DNA of 63,615 nucleotides, the filler included, from Octopus bimaculoides (Eukaryota), in the NCBI RefSeq assembly GCF_001194135.2. It is 7 parts of 5 records of this genome, joined end to end, with 100 filler letters (N's around TTAATTAATTAA, not from the genome) between each part and the next. Parts side by side here need not be neighbours in the genome. Positions count along the whole stretch, not along the records: positions 42,173 to 61,995 come from NC_069006.1; positions 62,096 to 63,615 come from NC_068981.1; 5 more parts are not named here. One strand, 5' to 3'. Under the pieces are notes generated by a model. That model was not told where the DNA came from. It searched no databases and saw only the letters and a program-made list of their open reading frames with translations. Shown in pieces: positions 52,938-63,615 of the stretch. The position numbers were made by a program, and so were the translations under genes. The number at the start of each line of letters is the position of its first letter. Position 1 is the first letter of the stretch.

Positions 52938-53183
52938 GCGCAGGATTGGCTGTGCGGTAAGTAGCTTGCTTACCAACCACATGGTTACGGGTTCATTCCC
53001 ACTGCGTGGCACTTTGGGCAAGTGTCTTCATCTATAACCTCGGACCGACCAAAGCCATGTGAGTGGATTTGGTAGACNNNNNNNNNNNNNNNNNNNNNNN
53101 NNNNNNNNNNNNNNNNNNNNNNNNNNNNNNNNNNNNNNNNNNNNNNNNNNNNNNNNNNNNNNNNNNNNNNNNNNNNNNNNNNN

Positions 53184-53229
<46 letters not shown>

Positions 53230-53430
53230 TCTGTGTTTTTCCCCCCCAACATCGCTTGACAACCGATGGTGGTGTGTTTAGGTCCCCGTAACTTAGCGGT
53301 TCGGCAAAAGAGACCGATAGAATAAGTACTAGGCTTACAAAGAATAAGTCCTGTGGATCGATTTGCTCGACTAAAAGGCGGTGCTCCAGCATGGCCGCAG
53401 TCAAATGACTGAAACAAGTAAAAGAGTAAA
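52938..53430 (+). mobile_element. tRNA-derived SINE family B (CORE-like block, internal microsatellite), representative copy
   Basis: Head ...ggttcattcccactgcgtggcactttgggcaagtgtcttc resembles the CORE motif ccttgggcaagtcactt. Other copies or fragments lie near 25400-25735, 26473-26866, 30455-30855, 41668-42072, 45715-46110, 46363-46680, 51130-51355, 52000-52150, 53755-54105, 55520-55900, 57210-57350 and 60400-61490. Confidence 0.9.
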
Positions 53431-54713
53431 ATACTATTAGGAATTGTTTAAAAATAATTATGAAGATATTTTGTGTATTGTTGATGTAAAACCAATTTAT
53501 TGGAGATAAATTTTAACAACAAAATCTTATATGGACCCCGGTTGAAAACCACCTCATTCCAGTTCTAATTTTTTATTCTCTAGGTATCTTTTGCTGAACC
53601 ACTAATGTAATGGGAACATAAACAAACCAACACCGGTTGTCAATTAGCAGTGGCGGGACAAACACATTCACTCACTCTCTCTTTCACACACACACATGCA
53701 TACACTCAACAGGCTTCTATGCAGTTTCCATCACCCAAAACCACATGGCATTAACTATGTGGTTAAGAAGCTTGCTTTGCAACCATGTGGTTTTGGGTTC
53801 AGTCCCACTGCATGGCACTTGGGCAAGTGCTTTTTACTGTCGCCCTGAACCAGCCAATGCCTTGTGAGTGAATTAAGTAGATGAAAACTGTGTTGAAGCC
53901 CATTATATATATATCTACACATTTGTGTTTGTGTTGTGTTTGTTTCCTACCGCTACTTGACAACTGGTGTTGGTTTGTTTACATCCCTGTAACCTAATGA
54001 TTTGGCATATGAGACCAATAGGATAAGTATCAGTCTTTAAAAAAGAAATACTGGGGTAATGATTGTTTGAGTTGGTGCTCCAGCATGGCCTTAGTCAAAT
54101 GAAAAAAAAATGGCCTTATCAAATGTCCTCTTAAAAAAAATATAACAAAAATCCAGAAATGTGTTTTGAAGGAGATTTAGTTGCTATTTTTTGCAGCCTG
54201 AGCTTTTGCTTAGATGCCCCCCCCCCNNNNNNNNNNAGTGTATATTCATGACCTTATTTTTATTGCCTCTCAAGATATAAAACCATTTCGTATTTTCTTT
54301 ATTCCAATGATTTGGTTTTTTTTTTTTTTTGTTTTTTTTTTTTTAAATTTTGTTATCAACTTTATTTTGGTATTTTGAAAATAATTAAGCATTTTGATAT
54401 TTGTATTTGGTTGGCAAAATTCTTGGTGTGAACTTGTGCTTGGTCAATTAATCCAATCAGATAAGTTTGTCAAAATCCTTTCATTGCTATTTGCAACTTC
54501 ATCAATGCTGGCCCTCTTTACTCCAGATCTCCTTCAGGACTGTCTGCTTCCTAGCTGATTGGTTGATTAACTGAATGATTAATCAAACAATTTATTAGTT
54601 AATTGGTTAAATGCTAAAAAACTGACTAATAGTTATAAGAGAAGTGAAATACAACCAGTGTGTGTGTGTGTGTGTGTTTATTGGCATTATGAATAAATGC
54701 TTAATTTTTTTCA

Positions 54714-54939
54714 CCCTTTAGCATTCAAACTGGTCATATCCAGCCATAATATTCTGTCCCTTTTATGTGCAAAAGGGCCAGATCCAACATTTCACGCCTA
54801 TCCTACTACAATGTCATAGTAAAAATAAACAATCACATCATTGAAATTTCAAGAAATCTCAGAGATAATGCTGGATTAATTCAAAACAATGCGAATAGAT
54901 AAGCATTACATTTGACAGAGTTATCTGAATACTAAAAGG
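54714..54939. mobile_element. piggyBac-like MITE family (~230 bp)
   Basis: ccctttagcattca ... tgaatactaaaagg|TTAA. Related copies at ~49860-50037 (ends tgaatgctgaaggg|TTAA) and ~51823-51990 (TTAA|ccctttggcattca). Confidence 0.65.
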
Positions 54940-55424
54940 TTAAATTTGTTTTATTTTTAAAAATTCAAATCTGATTTACCATATTTGCTTGTGCATAAAG
55001 GTTAGATCCCTAATTTAGTTTTAAATCTTATAAATTTTTTTTATTCCTCTTCATATTCTAACTTTATCCCATCTATAAGTAGCTCCCCGGTTAAAATCAA
55101 GTATGAAATTGTGTGATTTATACCTGAGAAAATGCACTTATCACTTTTGTATCGCAAAATAAAAATAAGTTACGTGGAAGAAACCAAGGGTTTACATAAA
55201 TCAAAAAAATTAACCCTTCTCCTCTTCTCTCCTAATCAAACCATGTCTGAATTTTGTTTAATATTAATTTAACTCAATTCTGCCAAGGTCCACTTTGCCT
55301 TTCATCCTTTTGGGGGTCAATAAGATAAGCACCAGTTAATCACTGGGGTTGATGCCATCGACTTAGTTCTCCTTCCCTGAAATTTCTGGCCTTCTGCCAA
55401 AATTTGAAACCAATATTAATTTAA

Positions 55425-56000
55425 CCCTTCCATTACCAAATTTCTCTTTAAATATGCTGCTTTTGTTTTAATTAATTTTGGAAATCATAAAGAATTTTGT
55501 AAAATAATTTATTGTTATTAAACTGATGGTTGGTCATGTGATAAGAAGCTTGCTTCCCAGTTACTTGGTTCTTGGTTCAGGCCCACTGTGTGGAACCTTG
55601 GGCAAGTGTCTTCTACTGTAGCCCCAGGATGACCAAAGCTTTGAGGGTGAATTTGGTAGACGGAAACTGAAAGAAGTCTATCGTATATATTTATGTGTGC
55701 GTGTGTGTCTTTGTGTTTTTCTCCCGTCACCACTTGACAACTAAAGTTGGTTTTTTTGATGTCTCCATAACTTAGTAGTTCAGTAAAAACAAACTTAGTA
55801 AAAAGAATAAGCACTGGGTCAATTTGTTCAATTAAAACTCTTCAAAGTTGGTGCTCCAGTGTGGGCTGCAATCCGATGACTGAAGCAAAAAACAAAAAAA
55901 AAAAGATACAAAATGGAATTTTAATGGAAGATTTTAATCAAAAACAAACCATTTCTATCATTGAACCAGGGTGGTCCTGGGCGTGTTGATATTAAAAGGG
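55425..56000. mobile_element. TTAA-flanked CCCTT...AAGGG element containing a nested family B SINE
   Basis: TTAA at 55421-55424 and 56001-56004, ends CCCTT/AAGGG, SINE inserted at ~55520-55900. Confidence 0.5.
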
Positions 56001-56134
56001 TTAATTACATTAACAAGTTTAATATTTTGTGTACACTGCTCCTCTTCCCTACTCCTTTCCTCTGTATATTTTCTTTTTGTTGATGACTAATTTTTGTCCT
56101 AATTTTTGTCCTTTTTCTTCTCTCTCTCTCTCAG

Positions 56135-56204
56135 AGTTGTCAAAGAAGAAATAGTGGATGATGAATCACACTTACCGTGTTTTAATGGCAGAGTTGTATC
56201 TTGG
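56135..56204 (+). CDS. Dvl: dishevelled, internal exon encoding the C-terminal part of the DIX domain
   Basis: Long polypyrimidine tract + tcag| and |gtaagt. The 70-bp exon reads (G)[23 protein letters not shown], matching the Dishevelled signature GVVKEEI.DD...[11 protein letters not shown] and not the Axin or DIXDC1 equivalents. Confidence 0.93.
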
Positions 56205-56430
56205 GTAAGTCCCTGTTTAAACTTATTGACTTGTTTTTATTATTTATTTAAAAAATTTTATTTTATATTTTTCCTTCTCCCATTTCTTTCCTTATATCTT
56301 TCCTTTTTGAACAGTTTTAAGCAGATATAGAACCTGGCATAACTTTCTGGCTTGCCTGTTCTTGTCAAACTGTCCAACATGGAAAAAAAAAATGGTAAAT
56401 GATGATGATGGTAATAATAATAATAATAGC

Positions 56431-57017
56431 GGAATCTAAAAACAGAAACAATTCCTTTCATAGTAGGTGCCTTAGGTATAATATAAAAAAAGATATTCAG
56501 ACAAATACATAACAAAAACACCAGGACTTACAAATATATATAACATACAGAAAATTGCACTACTGGGCACTGCACACATCCTACGCAAAACACTTTCAAT
56601 ACAGTAACCATAAGAGCATCACAGCAAACCACAGCACATACCCAAGGCGCACAGAGCTGCGCTCGGTAGTGAAGTGAAAGCACGTTATAAAAATAAAACT
56701 ACTGAACAATAATAATAATAATAATAGTCANNNNNNNNNNNNNNNNNNNNNNNNNNNNNNNNNNNNNNNNNNNNNNNNNNNNNNNNAGTGAAGTGAAAGC
56801 ACGTTATAAAAATAAAACTACTGAACAATAATAATAATAATAAAATTGCACTACTGGGCACTGCACACATCCTACGCAAAACACTTTCAATACAGTAACC
56901 ATAAGAGCATCACAGCAAACCACAGCACATACCCAAGGCGCACAGAGCTGCGCTCGGTAGTGAAGTGAAAGCACGTTATAAAAATAAAACTACTGAACAA
57001 TAATAATAATAATAATA
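56431..57017 (+). mobile_element. Tandem 5'-truncated R4/Dong 3' ends embedded in (TAA)n
   Basis: Near-identical to 42173-42340 (QKIALLGTAHILRKTLSIQ*, stop 56605-56607), followed by a ~100-bp 3' UTR and (AAT)n. Further 3'-end copies at 56787-56841 and 56843-57017, each ending in (AAT)n. Confidence 0.88.
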
Positions 57018-57793
57018 GTCATCATCATCATTTAACATCCGTTTTTCCATGCTCTCATGGGTTAGATGGTTTGACCAGAACTAGTAAGCTGGAGAGCTGT
57101 GCCAGGTTCCAGTCTGATTTGGCTGGGTTTCTATGACTGGATGCCCTTCCTAATGATGATGTGTTTTGTAAGAGTGAAATGAATTTAAATCATTGAATAC
57201 TTGCCTGTTTGGCTGAGTGGTTAAGAAGCTTGCTTTCCAACCATGTGCTCTTTGGTTCAATCTCACTACATGGTACCTTGGGCAAGTATTTTCTGATATA
57301 GCCTGAGGCTGATCAAAGCCTTGTGAGTGAATGTGGCATGCACAAACTCAAAGCAGCATGTCATGTGTGTGCATGCTGGTGTTGGTATGTGTGTATATTT
57401 GTAATTAAACACTCCTTATGTAAACAGTGAATAACAAACTCTAATCTATCAGTTTGGAAATCGCTTTTAAGTGAGAACCTCCCATCAGACTCACCTTTTG
57501 TAAACACCTAATAATTTATGAACATCTAATTATTAAAGTGGAAAAATTACCAGAAAAGCCATTTCTATTGATATCAACAAATCATTTGTTGTCTGCTTTT
57601 CTATGCTTTTGGCAGTCGGACAGAGTTTATTGAAGCAAATGTTCTACAACTGGATGCTCTTCCTGTGGCCAAACCTCACCTGTTTCCAAGCAAAGCAATA
57701 TTTCCCATGGCCTGACGTGTTTTTGTAGAGTACTGGAAATGAATGACATTGCTTATACAACTATCATGTGATACATAGACAAGGAGTCACAAG

Positions 57794-57847
<54 letters not shown>

Positions 57848-57989
57848 NNNNNNNNNNNNNNNNNNNNNNNNNNNNNNNNNNNNNNNNNNNNNNNNNNNNN
57901 NNNNNNNNNNNNNNNNNNNNNNNNNNNNNNNNNNNNNNNNNNNNNNNNNNNNNNNNNNNNNNNNNNNNNNNNNNNNNNNNNGTCACAAG

Positions 57990-58036
<47 letters not shown>

Positions 58037-58705
58037 CATGCTTATACACAAGCATCACCATCATGCAAGATGCTTTCCACCATCTGTGTCTGGTCATGGG
58101 GAGATAATTCGTTGCTGTGAAACATGAGGGTTGGTCTCAGGAAAGGCATCCAACTGTAGAAAATCTGCCTGAAAAAGTTCCGTTTGACCCATGCAAGCAT
58201 GGAAAAGTGGATGCTAAATGATGTTGATGAAGATGTTGATAATGTGTGTGTGTGTATGTATCATCATCATCATCATCGTCTAACATCTGCTTTCCATGCT
58301 GGCATGGGTTGGACGATTTGACTGGGGACTGGTAAGCCAGAAGGCTGCACCAGGCTCCAATCTGATCTAGCAGAGTTTCTACAGCTGGATGCCCTTCCTA
58401 ACGCAAACCACTCCAAGATTGTAGTGGGTGCTTTTTACGTGCCAGTCACACGGTACTGGCAACGGCCACGCTCAAAAAGGTGTTTGTTACGTGCCACCTA
58501 CACGGGAGCCAGTCCAGCGGCACTAGCAACGACCTTGTATATATATATAAAAACAAAATTTAGTAGGGTATTAAAATACCACTTGCTATAAACAGACTTA
58601 TTGCTCTAAAACTGCAAATTTCTCACTATTAAAATACACACAGCAAATGCAATGAATATAACAGAAATAGGCTTACCTTGTGTGAACTACAGAAGTGTGT
58701 GTGCA

Positions 58706-58753
<48 letters not shown>

Positions 58754-58868
58754 CACACACACACAGTAACAACAATCAACTCTGACTGCAGAGAAATAAA
58801 CAAAGGTTACTACGTGCATCGAATACTTTTATACGTTTTCTCTTATTTGTATTCTCAAATGAATGTGT

Positions 58869-58910
<42 letters not shown>

Positions 58911-59310
58911 TATAACAGTTTCATTGTGGAATATAATATAATATAACCATATTTAAAATACAGACAAACCTTTAATAAAATATTTCCTTTTGTTGTTTTT
59001 CCTTATAATAATATGTCAGGGTCGTAGATATACAACAACAATTTTTATGACACATTATAGTAGCTACAATTATTTCACAAAATAAAGTACAAACAGCCGT
59101 GAATATAGTGGCATGTACTCTGTGCTCCGTGCTTGTATTTTAAATGGTTGTCGTGACTTGTTCACAATGTAGAAAGGTTTGTTTTCAACACATGATCACT
59201 GATAAAGTCAGTCTGTAAACTAATACATTTTGAAACATTTATGTATATATATTGCCAACATGGAAGACAGATATTAATTGGTGATGATATATATATATAA
59301 ATATATGTGT

Positions 59311-59698
59311 GTTGTTGTTGTTGGCACTCCGTCGCTTACGACGTCGAGGGTTCCAGTTGATCCGATCAACGGAACAGCCTGCTCGTGAAATTAACGTGCA
59401 AGTGGCTGAGCGCTCCACAGACACGTGTACCCTTAACGTAGTTCTCGGGGATATTCAGTGTGACACAGTGTGACAAGGCTGACCCTTTGAATTACAGGCA
59501 CAACAGAAACAGGAAGTAAGAGTGAGAGAAAGTTGTGGTGAAAGAGTACAGCAGGGTTCGCCACCATCCCCTGCCGGAGCCTTGTGGAGCTTTAGGTGTT
59601 TTCGCTCAATAAACACTCACAACGCCCGGTCTGGGAATCGAAACAGCGATCCTATGACCGCGAGTCCGCTGCCCTAACCACTGGGCCATTGCACCTCC
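59311..59698 (-). mobile_element. SINE family A copy
   Basis: Reverse complement of 29001-29382 over its full length. Confidence 0.92.
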
Positions 59699-61287
59699 AC
59701 ATATAAATATATATGTATAATGTAAATGGTAAAGTTGTTATAATATGATATTCACTTAAAATTATGTTTACAAGTGCAATATAAGATAAGTCAACAGAAC
59801 CTTTGCACATATATCTTATATATACATGCATGCTCACACACATACTCATAGTGTGTGTGTGTGTGTGGGTGACACCTTGGACAGGTGTTTCCTGCTTTGG
59901 CCCCAGGCCAACCTTGTGAATGGATTTGGATCTGTTCCATCTCATGCACAGATTTTGTAATTAATTTTTTTTAGCTAAACACTTTGAAACTTCGGATACT
60001 GGTAGAATGTGTCACATAGAACAGGGTTTACTCTCAATGTTTTTGACAAAATTTTGTGTTTTAGAAGTTATTTAGTGTTAAAATTGTCGTATTTGGATAA
60101 TTTTAACCAATCAATGATGTGTATTCAGCTGAAGAAAATTACTGCTGCTGTTTGTGAACAACAACTTCCAGGTCCATTGACAAAATGATGTATTTGACAA
60201 CAGAATAATTTAAACTGAAAATCTCCCCTAACATACTGGAAGTGACCTTTGAACTTTACTGTTGTAGGTCCTAACAGAAACACTTAATTGTAAGGTCAAC
60301 ACTGTGAACTTGTTTGATCAATACTTTTTGTTTCTTTTTGGATTTGCTCATTGAAGTGTTGTTGGTGGCACACAATATTAGGTAGACTGTGTGTGACAGT
60401 GAGGATGGTTATTCTTTTACTTGTTTCAATCATTGGACTGCAGCCACGTTGGAACACCACCTTGAAGGGTTTTTTAGTCAAACAAATCAACCCCAGAACT
60501 TTTTTATTATAAAAAAAGCTTAGTACTTATTCTTTCAGTCTCTTTTGCCAAAACGCTAAGTTATGTGGATGTAAACACACCAGCACTGGCTGTCAAGTGA
60601 TGGTGGGGGACAAANNNNNNNNNNNNNNNNNNNNNNNNNNNNNNNNNNNNNNNNNNNNNNNNNNNNNNNNNNNNNNNNNNNNNNNNNNNNNNNNNNNNNN
60701 NNNNNNNNNNNNNNNNNNNNNNNNNNNNNNNNNNNNNNNNNNNNNNNNNNNNNNNNNNNNNNNNNNNNNNNNNNNNNNNNNNNNNNNNNNNNNNNNNNNN
60801 NNNNNNNNNNNNNNNNNNNNNNNNNNNNNNNNNNNNNNNNNNNNNNNNNNNNNNNNNNNNNNNNNNNNNNNNNNNNNNNNNNNNNNNNNNNNNNNNNNNN
60901 NNNNNNNNNNNNNNNNNNNNNNNNNNNNNNNNNNNNNNNNNNNNNNNNNNNNNNNNNNNNNNNNNNNNNNNNNNNNNNNNNNNNNNNNNNNNNNNNNNNN
61001 NNNNNNNNNNNNNNNNNNNNNNNNNNNNNNNNNNNNNNNNNNNNNNNNNNNNNNNNNNNNNNNNNNNNNNNNNNNNNNNNNNNNNNNNNNNNNNNNNNNN
61101 NNNNNNNNNNNNNNNNNNNNNNNNNNNNNTCTTTCAGTTTCCATTTACCAAATTCACTCACATAGCTTTAGTCAGCCCAGGGTTATAGTAGAAGGCACTT
61201 ACTTGCCCAAGGTATCATGCAGTGGGACTGAACCTGGAATCATGTAGTTGGGAAGCAAACTTCTTACTACACAGCTACACCTGTGCC

Positions 61288-61330
<43 letters not shown>

Positions 61331-61995
61331 CACACACACACACATGACCAGCTTGTTTCAATTTTCATATACCGAATCCACTCACAAGGCTTTGATCAGC
61401 CAAAAGTTACAGTAGAAGGTACTTGCCAAAGGTGCCATGCGGTGGAACCATTTGATTGGGAAGCAAGCTTCTTACCACACAGCCATGATTTTCTTTCAAG
61501 AACAACATGCTACATACAGGTCTCTAAGAATAGCACCACATAAAACATTATCTGTATAAAAGGGGTTTTTCTCCTCTTTTTGCCTTCTGGCTTCAAAAAT
61601 GGTTTTAACTACAAAACAGTGAATAAAAATGCACAGCAGAATATTGAGGGTTGCATATGCAACTGCACGTTTTCTATGCAGCAGAAACACATGTCTGTCA
61701 TTTTAACTAATTATGCTGTTTAAAACTTAGAATTTAAAGAAAAATTTGAAGATGTACCAATCTCTGTATTCTTTGCCTGCCATTGTTTTGGATTGACACC
61801 CCTAAAAATATTCATAATCCAGCAAAGTGAACCCAGAAGAATTACAGTTGGATTACTCATCTCAAGTGATTCTTGTAGCGCTTCTTACTTGAAATTGATA
61901 TATCTACAAAACTGTTTTGGGTTGTCAGTCATTCTGAGACAGCCCTTGGATATTTTTTTTTTGTGTCTTTTAAGTTTTTTTGTTTTTTTTTGCTT

Positions 61996-62095
61996 NNNNN
62001 NNNNNNNNNNNNNNNNNNNNNNNNNNNNNNNNNNNNNNNTTAATTAATTAANNNNNNNNNNNNNNNNNNNNNNNNNNNNNNNNNNNNNNNNNNNN
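61996..62095. other. Artificial 100-bp assembly spacer downstream of the Dvl exon
   Basis: 44N + TTAATTAATTAA (62040-62051) + 44N. Confidence 0.97.
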
Positions 62096-62113
62096 ATATA
62101 TACATATACATGG

Positions 62114-62152
<39 letters not shown>

Positions 62153-63286
62153 GGAGGTGAAAATTCACCGCAATAACTGTGAGTGAGAACACCAAATACA
62201 TTTCGTCTTTCTTGGGTCTTGTCAGTGGCATGTACTCGTAGCCACTTGTCTAGACGAAATTTGTTGCTTCTGATATAAAGTAAACAGTGAATAATGCATT
62301 CACTGATATTGCTAATCGCTACTGGACTGAATAGTAACTCGATGTGCGTAATTGTAGCAGTATTAAATCAAATGGCCATCTACGTATCATACTCAACGTA
62401 TATACGGTGGTCGCTGACTGCAAGATACTGCAATACAATATATGGACCTAAAACTAACTTCTATCAAAAATTTACAATCTTACTACTGTATACATCCAAA
62501 TGAATGTTCATGATGTTCGTGTAAAAATGCGTTTATAACTACAAAAACGAATACAACGTATAAATCTTACATTAGATTAACTATATATATATATGAACTT
62601 CATAATTCTATTTGAATCACTAACCAAGAGTTTTTGGTTAGTTAAGGATAAAAATCTAAATCATAACATTAATTGGAAGTTAACTGTTTTGCTAAAGACT
62701 ATAAGTATTTAAATTTCCTCTGTTCCACGTGAAATATTGGTTTCAATTTCTTTTCCATTTTTTACTGGAAATTCTGAAATAATTTCTGATTGCATGCATA
62801 AACCTTTTGCACGTTTAAATTTTTTTAGCAGTTTCTTAAATGACGAAAGCAAGGAGTGAATTTTATTTGTAAAGAGCGTCAATGAAAAATATAACTGTTA
62901 CAATTTATGAAAAACAACATGAAGCATAATTTGCACTTGTACCATGAGAAAAAATTCTGACACTCAAATTTATACGAATAATTCAGCACTATATTCCCCG
63001 TAATAACTTTAATTATAATTTAATCAAGATCCATACGGCGTAGTCACACACATATATAATATGTCATCAAAAACATTGTCATAGTAAGGAGATAAATATG
63101 TATATATATATATATATACTCCCATTACATGACTAAAATTACATAGGCCTGTGCGGTGAATGGATGAAAGCGTGAATATGCGCGTGCGTTTGTGTTTTTA
63201 TGTGTACGTATGTCCGCGTACGTGTATATGTACATACGCAAATAAATAGCTTGTATAGAGATAAGTAGATAGATAGATAGATAGAT

Positions 63287-63337
<51 letters not shown>

Positions 63338-63338
63338 C

Positions 63339-63381
<43 letters not shown>

Positions 63382-63413
63382 GAGAGAGATAGATAGATCA
63401 ATGTGTATGTGTA

Positions 63414-63448
<35 letters not shown>

Positions 63449-63507
63449 TTATATATATGGATAAGCACTAACACACTCACTCCTCTACACCCGAGCACGC
63501 ACACATA

Positions 63508-63571
63508 TGGCGTAGTGGTTAAGAGTGCTGGCTACTAACCCCAAGATTCCGAGTTCGATTCTAGGCAGTGA

Positions 63572-63615
<44 letters not shown>
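63508..63615 (+). mobile_element. Short tRNA-head-only SINE with (AAT)n tail
   Basis: A box TGGCGTAGTGG and B box GAGTTCGATTC, then (AAT)n within ~15 bp, running to the window end. Confidence 0.7.

Overview
Repeat-dense, AT-rich eukaryotic scaffold with many N gaps. Its SINE families and microsatellite load point to an octopus/coleoid cephalopod genome (inference; no search was run). Two host genes are supported by splice-site-bounded exons on the + strand. (1) A modular serine protease: a six-cysteine chitin-binding (peritrophin-A/CBM14) exon (28655-28967) is phase-compatible with a trypsin-family exon (32883-33069; SSY|IVGG ... TAAHC) and a further protease exon (36590-36695). The Asp and Ser catalytic exons are not visible. 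(2) A single 70-bp exon of dishevelled (DIX domain, 56135-56204). The remainder is TE debris: hAT, mariner (DD34D), maT (DD37D) and DD36E Tc1-like remnants, two Penelope-like elements, several R4/Dong fragments associated with (TAA)n, two CR1/L2-group LINE 3' ends, TTAA-flanked piggyBac-like MITEs and at least four SINE families. The most notable hidden element is a complete minimal type I hammerhead ribozyme motif (41379-41413) downstream of the Penelope-like ORF. Six identical 100-bp spacers (44N-TTAATTAATTAA-44N) are artificial joins, so long-range order and orientation across them are uncertain. Most ORFs in the supplied track are microsatellite or gap read-throughs, or antisense shadows of TEs.
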